Notes: a model not told the origin generated them from the sequence alone. Counted from the first letter of the whole stretch, positions 25,123 to 38,459 are shown. The stretch: 62,500 nucleotides of DNA, filler included, from Globobulimina sp. (GCA_003354225.1; 16 parts of 16 records of this genome joined end to end with filler, not necessarily neighbours in it); one strand, 5' to 3'. Program-made: numbers and translations.

Positions 25123-27289
25123 TTATCTTCCACCATATCCATGTACATTTCCACGATGTAATTCTTTGCATTTGTCACTAATATGCTCATTGACGACATA
25201 ACAATGTCGACACATGTGATGATAATCACATTTGCCATGATCATTGGCAAAATAACAGTTTCCTCTTTCATTATGTCTACAAATATGTAAACTTAATTCA
25301 GGTCCTCCATACAAGCGACCATTCTCATTCTTGTACGTGGCCAATTTTTTAGCATTCGCAGGTCTGCCACGTAAACCTAACGGAATGTGTGGATCACTGC
25401 CCCTTCCTCTTTTGGCTCCTGGTAAACCTCTAAAATCTTGTCGATAGTCATTGCGTTTCTGAGGTATTTGCGGTCTTAATATTTGTGGATGTGGTATAGG
25501 TTGCTGATTATTGCCACAATTCGGTTGCATTTGTCTGTAATTTGCTTGATTTGAGCCGTTATGTATAGAGATAAATTGTTGTTGAGCGTATCCATGATTT
25601 CTATGTTGATTATAATTATAATGATTGGATTGTCGACGATTGAACGACCAACGATTTCTGTAGCGTCTCCCTCGCGAATTGCCACCACTAAAATCACCAC
25701 GAAATGCACCGTTTCGTTGATGATTATCCCTTCGAAGACCAGATCCGTCATTCTTCGGTGTATATGACGTGCCTCTAACTGATGCTGTCTGTGATGTGTT
25801 GTTATGAGGTTTCTTGTTATTGGTGTTTTTCTTGTTATTGGCGATTTCTTTCTTGTATTTTTCGTATAAAATCATATCTAAATACGAATTAATTAGAATT
25901 TAATTGATATGATATTAATAATGTTAATAAATGATGTGGTAAATAGATAATATGTAAATATAAAATTGCTGACTGTGAGTTTACAAACTCAAACTTATGC
26001 ATTATTTACTCAAATGAACGAAAACCAGTGAAAATATGTCAAACGATGACAAAACAGAGAGAGAAAACGTTATAGAAAAGGTAAACAAACAAAACATTGA
26101 CATACTGCTCATTACATATTTTTGAATGTCTTTGTCCATTACCTTCCCACCGCTGTATTTCTTGACTATCTCTTCTGAGAAAATCTGATCCGCTTTGTCT
26201 TCAATTCCCGGATGAAAGAATCCAAACCGGGAGCTAAAGCCGCTTGATTTGATGAAGAAACTGCGTTTCTTACTTCATTCTCAATGTCACCAATGTTATG
26301 CACTAATGTCTGTGCATGATTCTGTGCCGCTGTGTCAATATTATGTGCTGCGTCTAAAGCACGTTTGGCCCTTATTTTCTGCTCCAGATCCTTTCTCATT
26401 TTCTTGCGATTGAGTTTTTGTAAGATAGTGAGTGATGAATCGCTGTTGTCATTATCCTCGTCATTGCCTCCTAACTCTTGTAATTCTTTCTGCCATCTCG
26501 TGAGATCAACGGATCCTCCTTGCGGTGCTACGACCTCTTCCTTTCTGTCATCGAATCTGCTTTCTTGCGAATTGATGATGTGTCATTATTTTGAATATCA
26601 GCGATGAGTTTATTCGGATCTAAAATGGCTTCTTTGTATGCCTCAAATGTTTCTGATGCATTGACATTGCTTTGTAATGTCTCTATCCATTCACCAACGG
26701 CTTTCCATTCAATGTCAAAAGTGTTTATTTTATATTGTACTTTGGCTTTTTGAAGGCCATAATCGATGCCATCATACATTTCTAAGTTCGGAGTGTTGTT
26801 TATAGTGATTTTACGCTCACCGTTTGTGAGCCACTCATTCCACGATTTGATTGCAATTCTCGCGACAAACTTTGCCACATCAATGAATTCATCGGTTCCA
26901 TTGGGGTTTGGATGAGCTGACGAACCCTTCAATGATTTTAAGATTGTGTCTACTAAATTTAATGTTGGATAATCCAGGTTTTCTTCTAAATAAACGGCCA
27001 GTTTCGCACCAAAGACGTTGAGAATGTTCGCCTTTACCATTTTCACCATGTCCCAACATTTCATTTTGCCCATCGTGGGTTGCACCATCCCGTTTGTGTC
27101 GGTTTCTGTCCATAAAGGATCTTGGACGTCGGTGATGACTAAATTTCCTTGCACGCAATTCCTCAATGTCTCATAATCCGAAGCCGAGCCTCCTTTCACA
27201 ATTTTATATGCCACCTTTTTGACATCATCGACAGTCTTCCCACACTCATTAAATCCGATTAATAATGCGCTGTCATCATAGAATTCTAA
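25123..27289 (-). CDS. Gag-like gene of the DIRS element: interrupted by two -1 shifts and a putative intron at 25878-26105, with a C-terminal RGG/NQ-rich region and zinc finger
   Basis: Finger CRHNERGNCYFANDHGKCDYHHMCRHCYVVNEHISDKC. Upstream coding-like frames are joined by shifts near 26580 and 26215. Confidence 0.55.
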
Positions 27290-27407
27290 TTAGGCACTGT
27301 AAATAGANNNNNNNNNNNNNNNNNNNNNNNNNNNNNNNNNNNNNNNNNNNNTTAATTAATTAANNNNNNNNNNNNNNNNNNNNNNNNNNNNNNNNNNNNN
27401 NNNNNNN

Positions 27408-27836
27408 AATAATGCCATGATTGAATGGGATCTCTGTTAATGAATATTTATTTGATGCTGTACCGTCACCTAATTGTCCATAGTCATTCTCACCAAATCC
27501 ATATAATTTATTTTCTTTTGTTAATATAAATCCATGATATGACTTCCAAACTGGATTACAAAATATGGATTTAATTGCGATTCCTTGTAATGATTTGATA
27601 TTGCATGCTTTCGTGATTTGCTTTTCTTTCTTTTCTTGAATACATGATCCATACTCATTATTTCCAGCAGAATAAAATCTATTGTTTGAATCTTGATAAA
27701 TACTGAATTCATATCCATTATAAAGCTGTGAAATTCGTAGGTTTTGGTTCCAATTTGGTGCACTTAATTGGTTAATGTCTTTTGTATCACCATCACCAAA
27801 TTCACCATAGTCATTACATCCAATGAGATAAAGCAT
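27408..27836 (-). CDS. RCC1-repeat protein, 3' partial
   Basis: Repeats GCNDYGEFGDG, AGNNEYG and FGENDYGQLGDG. Confidence 0.88.
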
Positions 27837-27891
27837 GTTGTTGATGAATTGTAAGAGAAAAATATTTATTTAATTATAAAACAATTAAAAC

Positions 27892-30849
27892 ATGGCACCG
27901 TCTGCTTTCAGCCTTACAATCTGGGCAGCAATGATACCAGTAACCCTACATTCGTATCAAACGCAATATATAACTACCACTCGGCAAGAATATCTCTACG
28001 CATATCAAGGCCGCGACGGTGACAATAATGACCGTCCAAACTACATAACCATCGCAATGATTGATGAAACGGTAGCATACAGTCACAGCTCCCAAGAAGG
28101 TTCTCGTTTTGTGTTAATGCCACCCGATGATGAGAATGGATTCAGTCTCCATTTATCCCTCGATTCCCCACTTACATTCCATCCAACACAAATCACCAAA
28201 CTTACACTGCAAATTGGTAGCGATACAGCCATTGCAGCTGCTTCTTGTGAACTTATTGTGTCATTCAGCCAATCCAGTTCCACCTATCTATCCTCCATGA
28301 TATCCATTGCCGAAATAAGCGATAATCTGATATATCCGGCTTGCGATGCATCATTTCCATACATTCAATCATTGGCTGATGGCGATATACAGCAAATTGT
28401 AGACACACAAAGTAACTGTAATCGGCTCTGCAAAGCATTTGGGCACCAACAAAATTCCAGTGCCATTTCCCGTTTTGAACCAACATCCATTCCGCCGAAT
28501 ATTGCCTATCCATTGACGTTTATCCTTGAAAACCATCCCAAAGATAACTATTCAATATTTAGCTATGTAAATCCCGGTGTTCAGCGCCGAAGTTGCGGCT
28601 TTGCCCAAGCTTGGCAAGCAAACACTGGATTGGATATATTCCTCTCTCCAAATATAAATCAACAGTTTGACATCACGTATATGAATATTACACACGTATT
28701 ATATGCCACATATTCACCAACATTGCAGCCAACAGCACAGCCAACGCAAATGACGCAATATCCAACATTTTACCCATCGCAATATCCAATTCAAATGACG
28801 CAATATCCAACTTTTTATCCGACGCAATATCCTACTTTTTATCCATCGCCATATCCAACATTAGAACCGAGCTCTGTTCCAACACTTTTTCCCTCCCAAA
28901 CTCCAACATTTTATCCGACATTGCCGGTTACCTCGCAATCCTCGACCGAGAGCACTCATATTTTTACTTTTAACTCGACATTTATTGTGGTTGAGAGCAC
29001 AGTTACGAATGCATTCAATTTTAATTTTTTTTATTTTTAAATTTTAAAAAACAAAGTTGCAGAATACTAATAATAGCAGTAACAGTGTCAAAGTACGCAA
29101 TGAAAGAAAGTTTAACTTTGATATATTGATGTTTATTGTGGTTGGAGTGGTGATATTTTGTTTCGTTTTGATAGGATTGGACTATATCTATTTGAAGCGA
29201 TATGTGAGTAATGTGACCGACGAAATGCACTATGATATGATAATTGTGATTGGTTTGCGTCTATCGAATATGACATTGGATGTTGGCATTTTATATAGAA
29301 TGGCTGCCTTATACTATAATGACAATGGCAATGTATTGTTGATGATGTTGGTGCTGTTCAGTTTGTTGTTGTTGGTTTTGACCTATTTGATGAACCTATT
29401 TTCAATGCATAAGATTGTAAAATTGCAGTGTCAGACTGAAGGGCCGGTCTTATGGTTTTCGAAGTATATGCTGTTGTTTGTGTTTTTGGTGTTTATTACC
29501 TGCGATTCCTATTTGACTGTAAAGTTCATATCTTGCAATATCTACGGAATGGAAGTATTTAATTCGGGCCATTCTACGGTGGAAATCAAGAAAATCCGAT
29601 GGATTAAATTTGTCACCATTGTGTTGCAGGTATATGTGTGTATATATTTGTTGTACATTAGAAAAACAATTTAAATGTTTTTTATATATTATATATATAC
29701 AAGAATATCCCACAAATGATTATACAAATTATATTTGCTGCGCTTGTACTGAGAAATATGAGTGTAACCATTTTGATTTCAGTGATAATCTCATTTATAT
29801 TGTCCATTCCGTTATTAATTAGTTGGAGTTTAACAAACATGAATAATAAATTATTTGTGTGGCAAGAATATGACATTGAGATATTACTCTCATTGAACGA
29901 GAGTGATACAAGAGTCACAACAGAAGATACTGACATTACAGTGACCAAATATGGCGGAAATAAAGGTATTTTAAAAAAGAAATTGTCGTCAATATTAGCG
30001 ATAAATGCAAATGAGTTAGAAATTGGTTTCATTGATGATAGAAAGACAGATAACTTAATCCGTATTCATATCTTGCATCAAATACCGGCCACCAATAAAG
30101 AAAGAAATTGTAAATCAGATTTAACGGTGCTATACGAGGGCAAATATGATATATTGGCAAAGGAATTGCGTCAAATATATAATATACCTTTTCAATATAA
30201 TATATTATGCAGATTATTGATGGATGGATGCGCTGCAGATACCACACCATTAACCACTTTGCAATCCACTGTAAACGACACAGAAATGGTTCATATTAAA
30301 GTGTCAACAAAGACTAATAAAATGGCACCATTTGAATTAATAACATCTCGATCTGAGGCGGCTGCAGATTATGAGGACGCATTTATACATCAAATATTGG
30401 ACGAAACACACAAACAAATGGCCGATAATAAAAATAATAATGCCGCCGCATTGATGGTTGTAAATGATAACGACGGCATAATACAAAACACAAAATCAGT
30501 GATTGCAGTGACCCCAATGGGCGATGATGGCGATGTTGAAGGTGATGGCGACGACTCCTCCTCAAGTAATAGTGATGAGAGTGAGCCAGATTTGCCCTCT
30601 GAGCGGAAGGAAAATGAATTTAGGAAACATTTTAAGAGGCTGTCAAGTGTTGATATTGAACTTTCAAATTTACCCTTACCACATAGTATAATAAATGGCG
30701 ATGCTGATATGGATGCATTTGGTGGTGCGCATCATGAGGAGGATAATAATCCATTTATTATGGTAAACATTAATGATATCGCACAGCCAGAAATTGAGGG
30801 CAGTGTTGGTGTGGTGGACATAAAAGGGAATCAGGGTCGATCAGGGTGA
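27892..30849 (+). CDS. Cell-surface multi-pass membrane protein: signal peptide, ectodomain, YPT mucin stalk, TM bundle, acidic tail
   Basis: Phase-0 introns at 29002-29062 and 29630-29703 join three ORFs. The splice creates LQNIPQMIIQI. Confidence 0.75.
28710..28920 (+). repeat. Coding tandem repeat (Q/F)YP(T/S), about 12-nt period
   Basis: TQYPTFYPSQYPIQMTQYPTFYPTQYPTFYPSPYPT. Confidence 0.85.
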
Positions 30850-31320
30850 GGACAAATAACATTATATTCAATATGTTTTAGATATTATTTTATTTTTTTG
30901 TGTACATGCTGTGATGTTAATTAATTAGTCGTGCGTTTCATTGTAATTAATAATGTATATTATAAAAAACATAGATACACCGCAAACAATAGTCTTCTGT
31001 CATTTTATTCTACATTTTTAGTGACAGAGCAGCGAAAAAAAAAACTCGAGATCATTGCAAATCATTTTTTTTGTTGGGCAGTTCTTTTCGAAATATTAAA
31101 GGATCCACATCCAGCATCTGGATATTGAAAGTAACATAAAACCTGTACCAATTCCGCGTCATTTAATATTTTTTGCGGTTTTACATTATTAACAAAATAT
31201 GCTCCATCCATCAATCCAAANNNNNNNNNNNNNNNNNNNNNNNNNNNNNNNNNNNNNNNNNNNNTTAATTAATTAANNNNNNNNNNNNNNNNNNNNNNNN
31301 NNNNNNNNNNNNNNNNNNNN

Positions 31321-32106
31321 TATTCGGGTCTGATTGATTATAATTTGGTGTTTCTGGAGCCACAATGTCGCTAAATCTGTCAGCGTACCACGCAGCGGGT
31401 GTGGCGGGATAATGCGGTGCATCTGTTTTGTTTTGAATATGTTAGAAAATAAATGTATGCACACGTACACTCAACGTGGTCCTATCCACATTAGAAAAGG
31501 CTTGGATGGATCTTGCATTCTCTCCGATAACCAGTCCATGGAAGCATTGCCAATCAGAGATGTTTGATATGTTGTTTGAACCACCGGCAACTTGTACAAG
31601 TTAGTGGTTCCATTCATGTATTTATCAAAATATTGCTGGCCATAGAAATCGTTAAAATTACAGGGACAATGAATACGGGAAAAGCCTGTTAATTGTGGCT
31701 CAGAATTGCACCAAAAACTGTTCATATCATTGGTTAGTTTGCCAAAGTTTGCAGTTAAATATCCATTGGATTGGAAGAGTTGAAACATAGAATCGGAATT
31801 ATTAAAAACATTGTACTGTGCTGCACAATGCATACATTTGGGACCAGGTTGGTTGATGACGTTTTGATAGTTTCGACCTGCGATTGTTTCAGCTCTGGCT
31901 GGGCAACATATGGGCGTTGAAATGAATGTATTATTAAATGTAAGGCCTTCAGTGGAGAGATATTTGAATGTATTTGGTAGTGCTCGCATACTGTCCAATG
32001 TAACATCTTGGTCGTCTGTTAAAATAAATATAAAATTGGGAGGTGTGGCTGCATTTGTTATCAATGACATGAACATTGAAACGAGTATCAAAAAGGACGA
32101 CAACAT
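31321..32106 (-). CDS. Secreted sulfatase (N-acetylglucosamine-6-sulfatase-like), 3' partial
   Basis: PNFIFILTDDQD and the formylglycine motif CCPARA. Intron 31423-31475 gives IGPHAPH. Confidence 0.9.
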
Positions 32107-32428
32107 GTTCAACAGAGTTTTTCCTAGTAACAGAGTACCATTATCCCAGCCCAAAAGAATACGAATCCGTCCGCAGTGGAATGGTGTTTGACTATTAATT
32201 CGTTTCTGTGTTAGTAAACACAAAAGGATTTGTCAAAATTGATAGGAGCCTGGTCTGAGACTCAACGTGCATCCTTGCACAGATATATTAATGTAAATGT
32301 ATGCAAATTCAAAGAGTTTACACACAAATTCAGAAAACAAATTGCAATACAAATTCAAACTACATATAAATCCAACAATAAATTTTAAAAACAATTTGGT
32401 TTGATTGAAAACAATGTGAATGTAAAAA

Positions 32429-32927
32429 CTATAATACTTGAGATGATACCAATTTTGCTTTTTTTTTAATTTCCTTTGTTTTTTTGTCAATGCTTCATTA
32501 ATATGCACAATGACACCCGCTTTGGGAAAAATAACACCATCACACAATTTATTTAATTCCTCGTCGTTTTTAATACCCAACATAATATGTCTGGGATTAA
32601 TAGTTTTTTTATTGTGATCTTTGGCTGCATTTCCTGCCAATTCCAACACCTCCGCAACTGTACATATTATATGTAAGAAAATCAACAAATCAAAATACGA
32701 AATGAAAAATTCAAAGCGTTTTACAGTACGTAGTGCGTACCGAGGTATTCCAAAACCGCAGCCATAAAAATTGGAGTTTCTTTCTTCATACGTTTGCTAT
32801 ATCTACCATCAGTAATATATTTTCGAATTCTTCGAACCGGCATTACTATATCACAGCGAGCATTGATTGTTCTGCGTTTCTTACCTTTTCCTTTTCCTTT
32901 GCCTCCCACTCTTGATTTTGCAGACAT
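32429..32927 (-). CDS. H2A: Divergent histone H2A, probably H2A.X-like (SQ tail in the -1 frame)
   Basis: AAVLEYL|VAEVLELAGNAAKD...INPRHI...NDEELNKL. Intron at 32658-32740. As assembled, the frame runs on to 32233; one extra A gives ...LVSSQVL-stop at 32429. Confidence 0.9.
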
Positions 32928-33002
32928 TTTTTGTCAAAAATATAAAAAAAACTTTACTCAGAAATAAACCTCAACTGAATTCAGTAGTCGCCAATATATG
33001 CA

Positions 33003-35132
33003 ATGCATAAACTTACGCTCACACTCTCACTAACAGTCCATATAGCACTCCTATCATGCATCACCACCCAAATTAACCGCACCATCCCATTCATTCAACT
33101 ACAGCCATGCAGTACGTTTTGTCACTACATACAAACAAAAACAACACTAAATCAATTTTAAAATATCTCCACAGCCGACGTTATCGACGAATGCTTGTTA
33201 AAGTCGCCATACACAATCCGTCAATTCACTAACCAGTCAGTAATGTCCTGGCACCAAGCACGTGCTCTCTGTTTCGACCCTGCCGACGACGCAGTGGACG
33301 GTATGGCCACATTGGATGTGTCCCCATCCGCCATAGCCTCCACGCCTTTGGACGAGCAGTTCGATTTATTGCGTGCAATCTGCGCCACCTTAACCAACCT
33401 CGACGGCAGACACGTAAACTGCTGGGTTGGTGGCAAAATAAACGCAACCAACACCGGCTACGTATTCAGCGCCCTCGACACCAACCATTTGGATTACCAC
33501 ATTAAAAATGGCGACCATGACCGTTGGGGCTGTGTGCGAAACCGAGACGGTTCCTGCAAAAAGGACATAGAAGGCGACGTTAACAACGGCGAAGATTATA
33601 TCACTTTGTTCCAGAATAGAGACTATTACTTCGCTGATTGGCCAATCCATGGTATGCTATATGACATATATGATATATATATACCTCTCTGTGATTGCTA
33701 TTTGTGTGCAGGTGGAGCCAGTCCGGACTTTCAAGTGACTGCGGTCGTGTGTAATGCCAAAGATTTCCACTATGTCAATCGCTGCCAAGTTGAGTGATAT
33801 ATTGCATTTTTTGTACGTGTTTTTGTGTTATGGTTGACATTTTTGCACAGTGTTTTTGTGATTCATGCGATATTTATGGCGATCCGCATGTACACACATT
33901 TGACGGATTGAGGTACCATTTAAAAGGGAGATGTGTATATCATGCGGTGTCGCCGTGTAATATAAGTGTTGATGCTGATGGTTCATATTCAAAATTCGAA
34001 TTTAATCGAGATTTTCCAATTGAAATCAGCACGGAAAATGCAGAGTGTATGTAATTTTTGCTGTATTTTTTACATTTACGATATTTTTTTTTGTTTTGGT
34101 GTTAGGCTTTGGTGGTTTTTCAAGCTGTTTGTCCGCAGTTTATGTGTCGTTTTATAATACGTTGGGTGTGTTACAGACTGTGATTAGGTTCGCGCATAAA
34201 GTGAAGAACGGGGTTATTTTTACAAAGGTTGAGTTTGAAAATGAGGGAGAATTACAATTAGAGGGAAGTGTGGATTTAGACACAGTGCAGACATGGATGC
34301 AAAATACGAGTGAACCGTGGTCGTTTTTATTAAGCCAAGAAGGCGATTACTATCAACTGGGCATTTGGACGCATACTAAATACCAAACTGTTGAGTCCCA
34401 AACTATATTTCTTGAGCTTCGAAGCAGTTTGAAAACTTGTTATTTTTCGACCAGGCTCGGATTGAATTTCGTGATTTGTATGGTTTGGATACGACTCTTT
34501 TACATCTTGCATCATCGCACATGACGTTGTCGGCATGTTTTGCAAATAAAACGTGCGGTATTTGCGGCTATTATGATGACGACGGCACAAATGAATTAGT
34601 AGTAAGAGATGCGATTAATAGTCAATTAACCACTATTATTACAAACAAATCTTTATCAGATCCATTCGACTCCGAAGCAGTGAATCTCATCTCTCAATTC
34701 ACAGATTCGTGGATCAATTATGACCGCGCCACTCTTTTGGATGAAACTTGTGTGTACACAGACTATTACGCGGATTTGTGTCAAATCGAGTATTGCGATG
34801 ACGAGTGCATTTGTGATGGAAGTGCAGGCATTGCGTCGTATTACAATGGAAGCAAACAAAATCAATGCAATTACGATTTAGCTGCGTGTTTGGGCTTTTT
34901 ACACAATTCCACTCAATGTCGTGAATGGAAAGCTAGCACGCAACAGCAACGCACCGCTTATTTAGCTCAAGTAGCTTCGCATTGTGCTCATCTAGTCGCT
35001 CATGTTAAGTCTGCCATTATGCTCTGCTGTACTCAAGTAAAAAATGAAAAACTTTTTTTTTAATTAGTACTGTTGTCAAGGCTCATTTTGTATGGGAAAG
35101 CCTGTTTTTTGCACGGCTGATACTATCCCACC
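33003..35132 (+). CDS. Secreted protein with C-type-lectin-like and von Willebrand D domains, 3' partial
   Basis: Signal peptide, MSWHQARALC, VWD motifs CDIYGDPHVHTFDG and CGICGYYD. Introns at 33112-33174, 33652-33711, 33789-33850, 34047-34105 and 34390-34454. Confidence 0.8.
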
Positions 35133-35232
35133 NNNNNNNNNNNNNNNNNNNNNNNNNNNNNNNNNNNNNNNNNNNNTTAATTAATTAANNNNNNNNNNNN
35201 NNNNNNNNNNNNNNNNNNNNNNNNNNNNNNNN

Positions 35233-35918
35233 TATTGTGTTTGTCTTTTTGCTGACTATTATTCCCGCAAAAAGTAAGTTTCACTATGTCCCAATAACAA
35301 CGGCTATTTTATTGGATAAAGTGAAGGCAGCCAATGTATCATTTCATGTTAAGTGCAATTAATTTATTGATATTTCATTGTATTATTAATAATTAAATAA
35401 AAGGAAGTTGCGGATTGGTTGAATGCATATTTGTTATCAGAACGTGAGAAACAAAACAAATTTGACGAGAAAGCAAAAAGAACGCGAATTACATCGATTA
35501 CAGGCAAACAAACGGAAAGTGGCACACATTCTGGTTCAAAGCATTTCTTTCGTAAAGTAAAAGATTTAGCCGATAGTGTAACAGTTTAGTTATAGTTTTT
35601 TGATGTGTTCATTAAATATGTTTTTTTTAATTGGAACAGCATTTTTCATCGACCTTACGATTGGAGGTGCGATTTGGTAGAAGAGTGTTTGAAGTGAAAA
35701 TGAAGAAATATGATAACATGGAAACTTTATTACAAACATTACCAAGAATGATAGGCGAAGATGCAGAGTGCATGCAAATATATCGAGGAAAACATAGGTT
35801 AAATACAAAAATCTCATTAGCAAATTTGCATTTGAATAATAATGATATTTTAACAATGATACATAACAAAAAAGTTGATTCCTATTTACAAAGATTTTCG
35901 GAAAAGAGAGTGCGATAA
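35233..35918 (+). CDS. Protein with a C-terminal ubiquitin-like domain, 5' partial
   Basis: Phase-0 introns at 35336-35403 and 35578-35639. UBL-like LEVRFGRRVFEVKM...IYRGKHRL...SLANLHLNNNDILTM. Confidence 0.55.
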
Positions 35919-36260
35919 AATATCTGGCGTACAAATGTCAGCAGGAAATGCACAATCGGATAAATAACTCTATTCCTTTAATTCTTTCTTTAGTATAATG
36001 TAATTGTAACCTACTTACTTCAAAAAATCTCTTAACGTTTAACGCCCCCTTTGTATGCAAAGCTAGAGAAACCACTTCTGTATAAAATATATAAAACTTA
36101 TCGACCAGGGGGGGGGGGTTATCCGTTATCGTTTGGAATAAGACTAAATAATACTAAACTAAGTCAATAATAAATAGTAATAGGATTTATTCAAATTTTG
36201 GTCTTTTTCACAGATTGTATTCATTGTAGAAAAGTAAGATGAAGTTATAATATCTTAGTC

Positions 36261-37496
36261 TTAGACAGAACGAGTTGTATTTTGTTTAGGTCTTTTATTT
36301 TTTGGCTTTACTTTTCTTTTTGATTTTGATCGTTTCCTATCGGACCTAACCTCATTTCGAATTCGAGGACAACAGCAATCACAGCAAAATCCTAAAATAC
36401 ACTTCAAAGTAATCAATAATGACCCACAAAATAAAAGCAATATCGCATCAATAATATATCCATTATACTCGCTCGCAATATTTGCCTATACAATGTATAC
36501 ATGAATTTTCCTGCATTTTCAGCTCAAAAATAAAGATACATTACATACCATATCCAAATAAACTTGAGATTGTTTCATCAGCTCTGAATATATCACATTA
36601 GAATGAACAGAATCGATCGAATCGCACACAAACTTTTGAGCACCAAAATATAAATTCATAGCTTGTCGAATAATCGCAGGCTGAATGGCTTCCATCCACC
36701 AAAATATAATATAAGCACATATTTCATAGAACCAATCAATTAGTTTCACACAATACGCCTCGAAATATCCCAAATAAGTCCATATATCCTCCATCAATCT
36801 ATCCACTGCAGCACCGACAGTCGACTCATACACAAATTGTAAATTATCATTCGTACTGTTTATGGCTTGCTCAATGCTTTCAAACCTGCTTTTTATTGAT
36901 TTAAATGCATTCTCGTGTCTCTTTTCCACTGTTTTTACATTTTGAGATATTTTTTCTAATGCATTTCGCATCTCTTTTATCTGAAAAGTTCCTCTTTCTA
37001 CGCTCTCTTCAATCATTTCTAATCTTTTTGTATTATCTGATATTTCACGGCTCATTGACGCTGACAATTTACTCATTTTTGAGGCAATCTCATCTGTTAC
37101 CAATGCTGTGTCAGCTTCTATTGTTTCCATACGGGTTATTAAAGTATGTGCATTATTTGCATTATTTGTTGAATGTACCAGATCTTCGTAAGTTGCCATT
37201 CGATTACGGAGTTTATTTAATTGTGTTTTTGCATTTGCTATTTCTGCGCCATACGCTGATATTTCATCTAGATTTAGTTTGGTTAATTCATTTTGGATTT
37301 GTGCGATGAGAGGACCATAATTTGCAGAGTCTATGTGCTCCTTAGTCGACTCTTGTAATTGGTTCGAGTCTGGTAATTCAGCAACAATCTGAATGCAATG
37401 TTTTATAATTATACAGAAAATCAATACGCTACGGGATTAAATACGTACCAATTGAACGCAGCAAAACAGCACAAGTAAGAATTTGACAGACAACAT
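36261..37496 (-). CDS. Signal-peptide coiled-coil protein with C-terminal TM segment and basic tail
   Basis: Signal MLSVKFLLVLFCCVQL|IVA. Introns at 37389-37448 and 36486-36548. The last exon has a TM helix, CCDCCC and a K/R-rich tail. Confidence 0.75.
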
Positions 37497-37577
37497 TGTC
37501 AAAATTGTTTGGGTTAAAAACTTTAGCTTTTTTCTAGAAGTATCTTGTTAATGACACCCTAGCGAACTGAAGAACGC

Positions 37578-38459
37578 ATGGCTTTTTATAAAAACCAAGA
37601 AGTGCAAATCTTAGCCAAATTCGTTGGCATTGCAGATGATGGTAAATATCAAGTAAAAATCCATGGCATTCATAATGTGCAATTTAGTGTAGATCCAAAA
37701 TTTGTGCATACCGCCGGTGGTGACGGTGGGAGCAAAGCATCGCCAATGCCGTCCACAACAACACTTTCAAACGAAAATTACGTAGAACCACCAAAGGATA
37801 AGAAAAAGAAAAAAAAGAAAAAAACAGAATTAGAAAAAGCATCGGATGAAGCGTGGGGTGCCTCCGATGACGACAATGATGCAGCGGATGACGCGAAAGA
37901 AGAGCCAGAGCCGGAAGCAAAAGCAAATGTGACCATATTGGATGTATCAGATTTGTCCATTGGCAAAGAAAGGTTTCATCCAAAGCATAAATACAAGACA
38001 TTGACAGTGGAGAATGGTGGTTCTGTGATAAAAAGCACTGAGAATAAATTCGTGATGGCCGCATTTGGGAGTGTCGAATGTAAGGAAGTGGGTAAGATTT
38101 ATCATTGGAAGGTACAGATTGTGGAAGGGAAAGATGTAAATTTGGGGGTGATTTTTAGCGATCATTGTAATAAAAATAAGAAACGAATGTGGTGGGTGAC
38201 AGAAGAAGGATATTCTTATTGGGGCGATGATGGACAAATATATCATTCGGATAAATTTAAACCATATGGAGATATATATGGTACTGGCGATGTGATCGAC
38301 GTGTGGTTAAATTTGAAAAAATATAATGTTTCGTTTGCGAAGAATGATAAGAAATATGGTAAAGCGTTTAAGGTCAATAAAGAACAAACGTATCGATTTG
38401 GTGTTGGATTATCTGGACATCCACATACTTTACAAATGATTCAATTTGATGTGAAATAA
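37578..38459 (+). CDS. SPRY/B30.2-domain protein
   Basis: YHWKVQI...NLGV...GYSYWGDDGQIY...YGTGDVIDVWLNL...VSFAKNDKKYGKAF. Confidence 0.8.
   Translation: MAFYKNQEVQILAKFVGIADDGKYQVKIHGIHNVQFSVDPKFVHTAGGDGGSKASPMPSTTTLSNENYVEPPKDKKKKKKKKTELEKASDEAWGASDDDNDAADDAKEEPEPEAKANVTILDVSDLSIGKERFHPKHKYKTLTVENGGSVIKSTENKFVMAAFGSVECKEVGKIYHWKVQIVEGKDVNLGVIFSDHCNKNKKRMWWVTEEGYSYWGDDGQIYHSDKFKPYGDIYGTGDVIDVWLNLKKYNVSFAKNDKKYGKAFKVNKEQTYRFGVGLSGHPHTLQMIQFDVK

Larger units (their letters stand above)
23495..27307 (-). mobile_element. DIRS-order (tyrosine-recombinase class; PAT/Ngaro-like) retrotransposon fragment with gag-like gene and RT
   Basis: DIRS-type RT motifs plus an upstream ORF ending in a multi-Cys/His finger. 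RNase H, YR and the element termini lie outside the contig. Confidence 0.75.

Noticed and set aside
34390-34454. Apparent frameshift between ORFs 34045 and 34437
   Set aside because: Explained by a 65-nt phase-0 GTTGAGT...CCAG intron.
36107-36118. Poly-G run in intergenic DNA
   Set aside because: An isolated homopolymer, possibly a sequencing artefact, with no supporting structure.
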